A model generated the notes under the pieces. It had not been told where the DNA came from and did not search any database. It worked only from the letters and a program-made list of their open reading frames with translations. This document shows, piece after piece, positions 37,353 to 49,148 of a DNA stretch of 64,000 nt. Position 1 is the first letter of the stretch; each line of letters begins with the position of its first letter. Source of the stretch: Microthyrium microscopicum (Eukaryota); assembly GCA_010405405.1 (NCBI GenBank), contig MU004236.1, forward strand, positions 1-64,000, given 5' to 3'. The translations under genes were made by a program, and so were the position numbers.

Positions 37353-38459
37353 ATGACACAAAAGATCTTACTTCATGGTGCTACCGGCGAAACCGGAGGT
37401 GACATCCTTGATGGCCTGATAGAAGATGGCAGTTTTGTACGTGTTTTTCTTCAAGATTTTCCAGCGTTAGAAAACGAAGTGGCTAATAATGATAGGAAAT
37501 TACTGCTCTTATACGTCCACAGTCATTGCAGAAACCTGCTACAAAGGCACTGGAGCCTAGAGGCGTCAAGATTGTCGTTGGCGATCTTGAAAAGCAGAGC
37601 GTTAAAGAGATTGCGGAGCTTTTGGCAGGCTACGACACCGTTATCAGTGCAGTCGCTGCCACGGCGCAACTTGATCAGCTTAAGCTTGTTGATGCTGCTG
37701 CGCAAGCAGGAGTCAAACGCTTTGTGCCTTGTGGGTTCACTACCGTATCTCCACCAGGCGGTGTGATGACCCTCATTCGCGCCCAGAAAGAAAAGGTCCA
37801 TGAAAGAATCTGGTACCATCATCTTCCATACACAATCATTGATTCCGGCTACTGGTACCAGATCTCTTTTCCAAGATTGCCTTCAGGAAAGGTTGATTAT
37901 GCTTTGATGGGAGACAAGAATACCATTTTTGGTGACGGCAATGCTCCAAACATGTTGGTAGACAAGAGAGATATAGGGAAATTTACTGCAAGGATTATCA
38001 AGGACAGCCGTACTCTCAACAAACGTGTCTTCCTGCACGCAGATGTTCTCACACAGAACGAGATCATCACAATTATGGAAGAGAAGAGCGGCGAGAAGGT
38101 CGAAACTAAGACTGTAAGTTGTATTCCACAAGCTTTCTTCGGTATCTTATACTAATTTTTCACAGGAAACTCACGATGATCTTGTTGCGAAGATGCATGC
38201 CGCACGAGAGGCTCACAAAATAGATCCTTCGAACATTATGAACAATGTCGCTGTCTATGGTTCCGAGTATGATGTATCCAAATACGTCAGAAAGGATAAC
38301 ACTCCAGAAATCGCGGTCTATCTAGGCTATCTCGACACTAAGGAATTGTATCCAGACTTCAAGCCAAATACCTTTTCAAGATTTGTCGACGAATTGTTGG
38401 CAGGGCAGGCCAAGCTGATGTATCAGAACAGCGATATGTTCAAGAATCTGGGAAAATGA
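37353..38459 (+). CDS. NmrA-like/isoflavone reductase family NAD(P)-binding oxidoreductase; 2 introns
   Basis: ILLHGATGETGG, VVGDL, DTVISAV, AGVKRFVPCGF, PYTIIDSGYWYQ, DKRDIGKF. Confidence 0.92.
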
Positions 38460-38478
38460 ACTCGTTTCGACGACTACT

Positions 38479-38680
38479 CGTTTCGTCGACTACTCCCATC
38501 GATTGCGATGGCTGCCATAACACTTATTAAAGAGCGGCTACTTTATCTACCATCGTAGTCGATAATCTGAAGTAAGTTTTACGACGCTGATGGGAGTTAC
38601 AGCAATCCTTCTTTAAGAAGTGTTATAGCAACCATCGCAGTCGATGGGAGTAATTGTCGAAACGGCTCTGTTATTTTGTC
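38479..38680. mobile_element. Long hairpin, variant MITE-like copy D, immediately 3' of the NmrA stop
   Basis: 55-bp arms 38479-38533 and 38610-38664 (48/55 complementary by eye) contain the CCATC-N6-GATGG motif; right end gttattttgtc. Confidence 0.75.
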
Positions 38681-40138
38681 CACGAAGAGAATGTTCCTAT
38701 TAGGGCAAGTTGTCTCTGATCATGTGTTCTTTTATTGAAAAACTTTTGTAAACAAACTATTTCGGAATGTGACTCTAAGTGAACGAGCGACAGCATGGGT
38801 GTGTGGAGACATCTTTTTTCCTTACCATACCGTCAAGTGGAAAGTGAGCCGGAGGATCCATGGGTTATCTATATAAGAGAAATCGAGAGGTTATGGGGTA
38901 AGAAAGGTGATGTGACAGACATCGAAGTCTGCGGGAGCATCACCAAAGGGACTCAATTTCGAGCACTGGCTTTACGGAAATGCAAGCTTCGTGCCGTCCA
39001 GCAAATTCTATATCCGTTCTATCGGAGTGCAATGGTTCGAGCCGTAAAGAAGTCACCTAGTGGGAGATTTGTTTTCGTGATATCAAGAAGCCTCGTAGCC
39101 AAAGGCCTCCAGTCCAAAGCATTGGCTCGCCATGGATGCTGGGTAGCATGCATCTCTTTGACCAGGAATGGCTATCAAAACCAGTAGGAATCGGATGCAT
39201 TTTTGCTCCTAGTGAAGACTTGATAACATAATGCCCAGCATCTTACAAGCCGTCTTGGAATATATACTGCAAGAAGCAATTTGATCAGTTGACGCGCAGG
39301 TTGGGATGACAGTTATATGTTAGATATTCGCTCTCCTAGAACATGAGGACGTAAGTATCGAGTCGTCGGTTTGTATCTAGAGCATAAACATGTTCATACC
39401 CATGAGTCTTGAGTGCTGCAAGTCTACGACTTGATATATCTGTAATGGCAAAGAGTCTACTTTCCCAACTCTCAAGGGGTTTTCGGCGAGGTGAAGTACC
39501 GATCCGTTGGGTCCTTTCAAGTAAAAGAAGCACACTCGCCATGGACTCGACGTTTGCCTATACTTATGTGTATATCCACGCGGGTTCTAGGTGTAACGGC
39601 AAAGCAACGCAACCACGCAATTGTCTTTCATACATGTACATGACATGCTGCGCGCATCATCGTGTCGCGGTTTGGTCGCGGTTTGGATCAGGAATGTAAT
39701 GCGCATTATTCGAGGAGAATGCCAGTTCTTAACACACGAGCAGCTCTGTGAATTTTGATCGCGTAGTTTTCATTGTAATGATCAAGAAAGATGAGGAGAA
39801 GTTGGAGTTTTGGTAGAAGGTGTACTGTAGATGGAGATGATTGGGTGTCGCTATGGACGACCGCGCAGGGGCCCGAGCTTTCTCGCGCCTTCCAAGGTTC
39901 CCTCTTCAACGATTAAGGCTCGAAGGCTCTAAGCTATTCCCTCCACCATCAACCACCATCTCCATCAAACGCTTTGGATTTCCTAACTCCTCTGTATTTC
40001 TTGTTTGAAAGCCTTTAGCATTTGCCCTTGTGCTTCACCTTGTCTTTGTTTTGCACAGTCCTCCTCCTTTTCGTCTCCTATATCCCTGATCCCGCATTTG
40101 TCGCATCACGTCAATATTTACGGTCCCCGCTGTCCACC

Positions 40139-41143
40139 ATGGGCGAATCAAGGTGCGCCTACCCTTCGCTTTACTATTTGGTCTCTCGGAATATGACATT
40201 GATCCTAACAAACGTTTAACATCAGACAAGAGCTACTAGCATGGCTAAACAACCTCTTACAGCTCAACATTACGAAGGTTGAGCAGTGCGGTACAGGGTA
40301 AGGCTCAGGCCCAACTTGTTCACGACATTAGCTAACCATCCTCTCTTATAGTGCGGCCTATTGCCAGATCTTTGACAGCATCTGGAGTAAGTTTTGGTTC
40401 TGTCATCGTTATCGTCAAATCTAATCTCGTCTAGTGGATCTTCCCATGTCAAAAGTCAAGTTCTCCGTAAATACCGAATACATGTACATTCAAAACTTCA
40501 AAGTCCTACAAAGTACAATCCCTTGCCTACCTCCAAACCCAGCGATCGATCCCTAACCTTTCGTAGATGCCCTAGTCAAACATGGAATTGATCGAACCGT
40601 ACCGGTGGAGGCTCTGATGAAATGCAAGATGCAGGACAACCTCGAGTTCCTCCAATGGGCTAAGCGATACTGGGACCAATACTATCCAGGTGGTGATTAC
40701 GATGCAGTTGCTCGTCGCAAGGACAAGTCTACTACAGTTCCAGCCATGGGCAGAGCACCAGTCAACTCTTCGGCCGCTCGACGCCCAGCCCCCGGTGCAG
40801 GCCCTAGGACGCGCACTCCACAAGGAGGAGCTATGAGCGCGGCCTTGAGTCAAGAAAACAACGCATTGAAGGAGACAGTAACTGGACTCGAGCGGGAGCG
40901 TGACTTTTACTTTGCCAAACTGCGCGACATTGAACTTCTTATCCAGAACGCTATCGAAGCGGATCCTGAGCTTGACAAGGAAGACGACAATATCTTGAAG
41001 AACATCCAGGCCATTCTGTATTCAACAGAGGTGAGCAACTTTTATGTTGACATTGTTTGGGCTATCAGAGCTAATACCCGCAGCAGGAAGGATTCGAGAT
41101 CCCAGCAGAGGGTGCTGAGGAAGTAGAAGAGGAGACGTTTTGA
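40139..41143 (+). CDS. BIM1: Microtubule plus-end tracking protein EB1/Bim1/Mal3; multi-exon
   Basis: MGESR|QELLAWLNNLLQLNITKVEQCGTG, KCKMQDNLEFLQW, LERERDFYFAKLRDIE, ILYSTE|EGFEIP...EEETF* tail. Confidence 0.96.
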
Positions 41144-41672
41144 ATGCCGGTATCAAAAGGCTAGATGAATGGATGAGGCTTATGAATGTTATGCACAACA
41201 ATAGATGATCCTCGGATCAAGTGGGATCATGGATGGGATATGTGGTCCTAGGTTGTTGTTCTGACATTGGCATACCCCCTGTGTAGTACCAAACGAGTAA
41301 AAAGGAAAACATCAACATGAATCCAAGAAAAGACCCATTATTCTATATCTCTTCGAGTCCATGAACATGCTTTTGATCTGTCTGCTTGAAGTATTTAACA
41401 GCGATGGCGATATAATCATTTCCTGGTGCCTGGTCAAGTCTGGTCAAGTGAAATTGGTGGTCTCGTGCCGACGCCAGTCAAAACCGCAGCCTCATGTTCG
41501 TCATTTGACGCATGGACTTGGCCGACATCCACCACTGACCCATATTCTTCTTTCCTAAACAAACCACCACTGCACCCACAGCATCAAGAAACGCATATCC
41601 ACTCCTTGCACAATCTCTTAGATGCCAGAACCTTAACAATACCCATCTGGAGTCTCAAAACACGCGATAATC

Positions 41673-42764
41673 ATGCCATACACCCTCTCTATCCCAACGA
41701 CCACCCTGCAATCAGACTCCTCCAACAAACCATACACATCCTATCACCTAACTATCACAACACCACTACGCAAACTCGTCCTAACTAAACGCTACTCGGA
41801 CTTCGTCTCCCTTCACACCGCCCTCACCAACGCCGCCGGCGCCTCCCCTCCCACCCCGTTGCCGGGTAAAAGCTGGTTCTCCCGCACTGTCAACAACCCC
41901 AAACTCACCGAATCCCGCCGCGCCGGCCTCGAATCGTACGCGAGAAGCATCGAAGACGCACCCGATGGAAGGTGGCGCGAAGCCGGTGTATGGCGGTCCT
42001 TCTTAAACTTCCCAGCCTCTCCTAATGTCCCTCCCAAACAAACCAACGATGAATCTACAGAACGCCCAACTATGAGTGCAGCCGCATGGCTAGATCTACA
42101 CACAAATCTCAAACAACTACTACAAGACGCTCGTAACCTGCTAGCCAGGCGTGAGGCCGCAAGCAGCACGACCGCCGCCCATGAAGCCAGTGCAGGCGCA
42201 AAGAAATCTCTAGTCAAAGCACACACCCTCATCGTCCGTCTCGAAGAAGGTCTACGAGGCTTCAGCACAGGTAAAGGCAGCGAACGCCTCGGCGATGGCG
42301 AAATACGACGTCGGCGAGATTTGGTCGCGCGTGCCCGGAAAGAACGCGAAGCTCTCGAAGGTGTGCTCAATGCCTGGGTAGCCCGAAGCAGCGCACCCCA
42401 AGCCTCCTCAACACCATCCTACTCCTCATCACCAGTACGCAGCGCAGCAAGCATGCCAGGCTCCTACCAAAGCTCGGCGACCGGCAGGGGCGGACGTGTC
42501 CTGGGTGGCCCAGCAAAAGAGACAGAGAAAACGAGGCAGCTAGACAATGAGGGCGTGTTGAAGCTGCAGAAGGAGATTATGCAAAATCAGGATATGAGTG
42601 TTGATGCACTAGCCGAAGCGGTGCGGCGGATGAAGGGGATGGGTGTGGCGATTAATGAGGAGTTGGTGGAGCAGAGCCAGTTGCTGGATGTGTTGGATAC
42701 GGATGTGGATCGGTTGGGTGGCAAGGTTGATATTGCGAAGAAGAGGATTCGGAAGCTCAACTGA
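41673..42764 (+). CDS. VAM7: PX-domain Qc-SNARE, vacuolar morphogenesis protein
   Basis: N-terminal PX domain (KRYSDFVSLH..PLPGK..ESRRAGLESY), C-terminal SNARE motif (ETEKTRQLDN..QD..INEELVEQSQLLDVLDTDVD), no TM. Confidence 0.93.
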   Translation: MPYTLSIPTTTLQSDSSNKPYTSYHLTITTPLRKLVLTKRYSDFVSLHTALTNAAGASPPTPLPGKSWFSRTVNNPKLTESRRAGLESYARSIEDAPDGRWREAGVWRSFLNFPASPNVPPKQTNDESTERPTMSAAAWLDLHTNLKQLLQDARNLLARREAASSTTAAHEASAGAKKSLVKAHTLIVRLEEGLRGFSTGKGSERLGDGEIRRRRDLVARARKEREALEGVLNAWVARSSAPQASSTPSYSSSPVRSAASMPGSYQSSATGRGGRVLGGPAKETEKTRQLDNEGVLKLQKEIMQNQDMSVDALAEAVRRMKGMGVAINEELVEQSQLLDVLDTDVDRLGGKVDIAKKRIRKLN

Positions 42765-43057
42765 TCTACCTGTATCTTATTCGCGGCATAGCTATTTTGT
42801 GGCGTTGATTTTGCTTTGGTTGTTGGTATACCCACTGTTTGATGAAAGAGCGAGAGATCAAGATATACATATGCGAATTTGATCATTGATGGTATGTTGT
42901 ATCTTATTTGGATAACGAAATATCTAATTGTCTTTGCTTGTCAGGTAGGTTCTTCTCATTCCTACCATTTCGACATATCTTGCTCAAGATTCTAGTCTCG
43001 GACAGTAATGCACATTCAAAGTTATGACTCACTGGCATCTAGGAAAGAAATACATCA

Positions 43058-43251
43058 CGACTGCCTGGCAAAATCAATGGCGCGCCTTTATTTACTCCAA
43101 TATCTACCATCTATTACGCTTTGCCAACGACTGCTTTATGCGCCATAGAGGGCGTTTATGTTTGGCAGTCTTATCGAATGCAATGGCAAGTATAACATCG
43201 CTTACTTGAAGGAGGCGATGGGAGCGCGCCAATTATTTTGCCCTGCCATTG
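43058..43251. mobile_element. MITE-like element, copy E (194 bp)
   Basis: cgactgcctggcaaaatcaatggcgcgcc ... gatgggagcgcgccaattattttgccctgccattg; flanks ACATCA/ACATTA. Confidence 0.75.
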
Positions 43252-43665
43252 ACATTAATATCTTGATAGACGAGCTCCGACCAGATACACGACCCCATAC
43301 TCATAAAAGGTCTTCCAATATGACAGATTATAGGTGGATCGCTTTGGTCAAGCCCTCTTGAAATAGCAACAAGTAATGCAATACCGGGTAACTTGGCCTG
43401 CTTTGACCAAAATATAAAGTTCATTAATCTAACCAGCACGATCCACTCTCTTTTCTGGTCCAACAAGAGCTTCAAATACGGAGTGAAGCTTCCCATGTAC
43501 AAAATCGCTTAACTTTTTGAGAAATTAGAAGACAATGAACTCCTCGTGATTTTTGCCAGCTAAATGCCTGGAGATTGTCGCCTTCACATCGCTGTGTTCT
43601 CATAAACCTGACCGTTCGAAAGATTGCAAGAAGCAACCGTGGGCATACCCGCGCCCAAGTCCAAT

Positions 43666-45017
43666 ATGCTACTTCCACTACTCCTAGCTACCAGCCTATA
43701 TGCTTTACTCACCGTAGCTCAAACGCCCAAACGAACCATTACCAAAACTGATGGTCTACATTTCAACATCGATGGCGAAACCGCCTACTTCCCCGGCACC
43801 AACGCCTACTGGCTCCCCTTTCTCAAGAACAACTCCGATGTCGACCTCGTACTCGATCACATGGCGCAAGCAGGTCTGAGAATTGTAAGAACCTGGGGTT
43901 TCAATGATGTCAAGACCGCGCCAACTGACGGTACCTCGTCATTCCCATCATCTCTCACACTCACTGACTTCTCATAGGCACAGTCTGGTTCCAATCATTT
44001 CCATCCTCCGGCGACCCAGTAATCAACACCGGCCCAACCGGCCTGCAACGTCTAGACTACATCATTCGCGCCGCCGAGACGCGTGGACTCAAGCTCATCA
44101 TCCCATTCGTCAATAACTGGGCAGACTATGGCGGCATGGAGGCGTACTATGCCTACTGTATTGACAATAACTCGAAAGTGGATAAGAAAGAGCAGTGGTA
44201 TCGCAGTGCTAAGTGCCAGGCGCAGTATCAGAAATATGCGAGGACAATTATTGAACGGCATAAGGAGAGTACGGCGGTGTTGGCATGGGAGTTGGCGAAT
44301 GAGCCGAGATGTAAGGGGTGTGATACCAAAGTCGTCACGGAGTGGGCGCGAGAGACGAGTAAATGGATTAAGAGTGTTGATTCGAAGCATTTGGTTGCTG
44401 TTGGGGATGAGGGATTTGGGGTTAAGGTTGATGGGTAAGTTGAGTGATGTCTTATTGACTTCTCTGAACCGATTGTGTTATGAGGGTTCTGTCGAAAGGC
44501 TCGATTGTTTTTGATCTTCCACGAGAGACTGACGAGTTGACAGGAAAGCGGGAGATTACTCCTATTCTCATGGCGAGGGGACGGATTTCGCCAGCTTAGT
44601 CGCTCTGCCTGATATCGACATGGGGACTTTTCATTTGTATCCAGATCACTGTACGTTCTCGAAGCTGCCAACCCTTCGTCAACACTAACATTTGTAGGGA
44701 ACGTCACTGTTGCATGGGGCAATTCATGGATACAGCACCATGCCGCCGTATGCGTAGCAAACAACAAGCCGTGTCTATTTGAGGAGTATGGTGTTATGGC
44801 ATCAGAAAAGTGCTCACAAGAGACTGGCTGGCAAGCAACCGCACTCAAGACCAGGGGTATTGCTGGCGATCAATACTGGCAGTATGGAGATACAGTGTCC
44901 ACTGGCAAAACTGCTGATGATAAGTTTACTGTCTACAAAGATACAGCTAATTGGAACTGTATGGTTGAGGCTCATGGGAAGAATATCAAAGCCTCAAAGA
45001 CGGCCAAGGAAATATGA
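43666..45017 (+). CDS. Secreted GH5 endo-beta-1,4-mannanase (subfamily 7-like); 3 introns
   Basis: Signal peptide, [25 protein letters not shown], acid/base [17 protein letters not shown], nucleophile FEEYG. Confidence 0.94.
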
Positions 45018-45127
45018 GAAAAGAACGGAGGTATTTCCAAGATTGCCTCACGATCGAGATTCGATGCAATTTCATGACGCTTTCTATTTTTCGTTCATTG
45101 CTTAATCTCCTTCTGACTCGGAGCTCC

Positions 45128-45308
45128 TGGTCGCTCACAACAACTTTAAACTGCGAAGATGCTTCAATTACTAGCGCAATCAACGGATAGTCGACGGTTC
45201 TACGGAATCCAAGCTCTAAATGGACATAAATAACCGGTCCTGAAGCGTAAGAGATTGTAGACATCGCGTACTTGTTGGGAGCGCACCATTTATTTTGTTG
45301 ACTGATTG
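45128..45308. mobile_element. MITE-like element, degenerate copy F
   Basis: Clear right TIR cttgttgggagcgcaccatttattttgttgactgattg; partial left arm tggtcgctcacaacaac. Confidence 0.55.
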
Positions 45309-45337
45309 ACATTATAACAATTGAAACCTCACATGAA

Positions 45338-47290
45338 TTAATCCAGCAGCTGAGGCATTCTTTTCCAACTCGACAGCACAGAAGCTGAGTGTATTGTTTT
45401 AGGATGGTCTAACCCCAGCACACGTTCCTGTACTGCTACGCATCGCTCTAACAGTTTGTTAGCCTCTGCACCGCGCCCCGTAGCGTTGCATATCGTTGCA
45501 TATTCTTTGATCGATTCCATCGTTTGAGGATGCTCCGGCCCAAGTACCCTCCTAGAAGTCTCTAACGCTCGCGTAGCCAGCTGCTCCGCTTCACTCAGCC
45601 GACCTTGCATATGATATATATTTGCCATGCTTGCCATGCTTATAATGGTGAAGATGTTTTCTGGCCCTACTAGTTCGATAGAAGTTTGTAGTATTGACAT
45701 CTGAAGCTGTTCGGCATCCCATAAACGATATTGCGCTGTATATATTATTGCCAAAACCAGCTTTGCTTCCAGCGTCCCCAAATGACGAGCTCCTAATGCC
45801 TTCTCGTGGTGTCTTAGCGTCGATATAGCGAAAGTCTCAGCTTCGTTCCACTTGCTTCGAGGATAGAGAATGTGCACGAGTTCTAACATAACTACGAGCG
45901 TAATTTTATGGTACTGCCCTAGCACTCTTTGTGACGTGGATAGGATCTTCCGCTGCAACTTCTCAGCTTTCTCAAACAGCCCCTGACATCGGAAAATCAC
46001 GCCTAGTCGGAACAGCGAGTTAAGAGTCAGCTCATGCTCTTCACCAAGATGTGCTTTGCAGAGCACCACTGATTCTCTGGCTATCTCTTCCGCAGACCGA
46101 TATCTGCCCTGGCCAAGAAGAATCTCTGCGAGGCATATGATTGAATTCATTGTTTTGGGGTGCTCATCACCCTTGGAGAGTCTATTGAAAGAAAGCTCCT
46201 CTCGAGTTCGACTCTCGTCTTCTCCGAGGTATCGGGAAATAATCTGTGTTGAAGCTTGTTCAATGATCGGTCCGAAACGGTTCACGAAGATCTGTGGCAT
46301 GGTGACCTTGCGATAGCTGAGAGCTGGACTTTGGCCGGGAAAGGAACTGGCCCTAGACTGGAAGACGCTGGCGAAGGAAAGGGCAGGTGAAGGAACTTCA
46401 AGGCCTTGATTAAAGGATGACGATCGACTCATAGAAATCGATGCCATCGAACCTGAGGCTGGTGATCTCGTTTGAAAGCTAAGTGCAGTTGGAGTAGCTG
46501 CTGAAGTTACTATGAGTCTTATTGACTTTGGGCGCAACCAGAACTTACATGCGATAGAACTTGGAGAATAGACCTCGTCACTGGCAATATTCTTCCTCTT
46601 CATCCACCTATCGATCTTCTCGGGATCAACTGTGTGTTCTCGAAGTCTGAATCGAAGTTCTCCTCTATTTGGATCATTTATTTTCCTTTGTTGTCTTTTT
46701 CGTACGATGACTTTCATCTCGCTAGGCTTAACGTTTTTATCCTGACCCCATTGACTGATACGCAGCCTGTACTGACGAGGTCTTCGTGAAATTAGTGAAT
46801 GCACCTGTAGTGTGAAAATCTCAGGCCACATCGAAATGGACCCTGTTCTACTACGAATGTGTAAAGAAATGGAATCTTACGTCGCTTTAAACTCTGGATA
46901 TTCCTCTTCTATCGTTTGGATCACCTTTGGAAGAGGAATGTTTTGGGTGACATGTAAATCAAGAACTCGGGATTTGACAAGTTCCCAATCTTCGAGACGT
47001 AATGTGGGCGCCTTACCTTTGCGAGACTTCGTTGGCGGAGCTATACATATTGGTTCTCCGTTATTGGGATCGTTGATATCAGGAAGCTGGTCCCCGTCTA
47101 CTGTGGTCCTCCGAGCAACGGTGTCAAATACCACAGAGTTCATCCAATCCGAAGAGAAAAGATCGTCCCCGTAATCAAATAGACTACCGTAATCGGGGTA
47201 TAGTGAGCCGGAGAATGAATCTGGCGTTGTTTGCATGTTGCTCGTGGAGAAAGCGCTCTCGTCGGGATGGTCAGCAGAAGGACGATTCAT
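45338..47290 (-). CDS. Clr5-domain protein with kinesin-light-chain-like TPR repeats; 2 introns
   Basis: Clr5 signature EDWELVKSRVLDLHV..LPKVIQTIEEEYPEFKAT|PRQYRLRISQW..KN; about six 42-aa repeats of type LGxEHPxTL. Confidence 0.85.
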
Positions 47291-48156
47291 GGTCAAAGGT
47301 CTGCCGAATTATGAGATCCCGTCGCAGCCTCGCAGGTCAGAAAGCACTCAAGATAGTAAAAATGAAGACGGCATATCACGCTTGATATCAAAGTAGAGAA
47401 TCGGAAGGTGAAGCTGGGCAGTTTGCAGAGATGCGGAAGACGTGGCGATTTTCTACGTCTGATAGTTTTGAGCAGAACACTGGGTCAAACTCAGCCTGAC
47501 CAACTCCCACGACAAAAGTACTATTCAGCAAGGATCATTGTAGTTCTCGATCCGTATGGTCCATTCTCCTGCATGGTGTTGCAGGAAAACTGTGCTGATA
47601 GGTCGTCGACTCCTACAGTTTGCAAAACTACAATTGTGAATCCAGCCAGCTTTCTTCATCGCCAATAAAACAAATCTGCCTCGCAAAATTGTTGAGAACC
47701 CGGTTTCGAAGGGGCGACCAGTATTCGAAAGGAAACTTACGTGGCTCAAAAGTACAATATCAGTGTTTGAATCCAATTATAATGCTGTTTATCTGTCATG
47801 ATTTGCCAATTTTCAAACAAGGCAATTGTTCAAGCGAAATTTCAAGCCCGGCTTCATGGACCATATTTGGCATTTATTGCCAGGACAGTACTTTTGCAAA
47901 AGTCACAATCATCCAAAGTCACGGCTATTGCTCTGATATATCCCCAGTGTCAACGTTATCCGTTAGCAAGTCTCGTAAAAAGTACTATTCTGCGTCTTTT
48001 AGGATGTCATCAAGCGTTCATAAATTGTATAAGTAGCAAGACAACTTCATCATGAAGCTCTTTCATAAGATGTGAATGATATCACAAGCCTGTTGTAACT
48101 TACATGTCCCTCATCCACGCCTCATCATATCTCTTCGACTGTCAGAATCCCCTACA

Positions 48157-48327
48157 ATGTTTCATCCACTCCCAATCGAACTTAGCATCGCCATTTTCTA
48201 CGGAGTTCTTCAAATTTTGATTGGCCTAGTCTCTCTGTGGCAGCAGTGGCAGATTAGTCATCGACTTCGTAAGATAGCAACGATTTTGGAGAGACTTTAT
48301 AAGATCCTGACTTATACAGAACATTGA
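48157..48327 (+). CDS. Small single-TM peptide (39 aa spliced or 56 aa unspliced)
   Basis: Good ATG context (acaATG), hydrophobic IELSIAIFYGVLQILIGLVSLWQQ, canonical 51-nt intron 48269-48319 (gtaag..ctgac..cag). Confidence 0.5.
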   Translation: MFHPLPIELSIAIFYGVLQILIGLVSLWQQWQISHRLRKIATILERLYKILTYTEH

Positions 48328-48422
48328 GATGCGACGGGAGTTTCTTTGCAAGGAACAACATACAGTGCTCCAGGTGGTTGGTTCAATATGGGCGTGCATG
48401 GCTTGTAGTTGGAGGAGTATAT

Positions 48423-48636
48423 CAAACGGGTGACAAGATAGCTGGCACGTTCCCATCCAGTATAATGTCTATCATCTGCGCCGCTTTGCTACTAGAAGCT
48501 TTAGCTAATGTTGAATTTCTATATAACTCAAGTTGCCCCTGAATGCATTAGGGATCCTTGGATCCTGTTTTTTAAAACAGTGCGGTGTGAGGCATCTTAG
48601 TTGATGGAGGCACGCCATTCATTCTGTCGCCACTTG
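48423..48636. mobile_element. MITE-like element, copy G (214 bp)
   Basis: caaacgggtgacaagatagctggcacgttcccatc ... gatggaggcacgccattcattctgtcgccacttg; flanks GTATAT/GTACAT. Confidence 0.75.
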
Positions 48637-49148
48637 GTACATGCCTATAAAGCTATAAGAACATAGGAACTTGCATCCTGGAACAAAACTGGCTTGGAGA
48701 ATCGAATACTTGGTAGACTAGAATTGAATTGCACTGTATAGCGCATTTCCTGTGAGGTTTTGATGTGAAACATGGAAAAATTGTCCTACACAGCAACAAA
48801 ATCGGGACGTCGTAGACCATTGAAGAATACAAAAACTCGCCTGCCTAATCTGTTTAGTCGTCATCTGAGTCCTTCGATACAAAAGCGGCAGGCCAATTAT
48901 AAGGCCGTGGTGGGAAATTTTCCGAGATCTGCTGTTAATATATTGAGAACATATCAATCCGGCACATAGCAACAAAACATCATACCACGCACCCTATGAC
49001 TGGCAAAGACGATCGATCTTAATTAAACTAGACCTGGGGAAATTTGGACGCATAAATCACTTTACCAATATAAGATTATGAAGTATGCAGCTTAAACATT
49101 TCAACCTTTTGGTGTTTTCGAAGACTCTCCGTGACATACGTACCAGTC

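Noticed and set aside
38795..39909. ORFs between NmrA and BIM1
   Set aside because: No motifs or convincing gene structure.
41813..42370. 185-aa antisense ORF, and similar shadow ORFs over HRD3, DUF726 and GH5
   Set aside because: Antisense shadows of real genes caused by codon bias.
44444..44532. C/D-box snoRNA in the GH5 intron (GTGATGT ... CTGA)
   Set aside because: Imperfect C box, the putative D box coincides with the branch point, and no rRNA-complementary guide was recognised.
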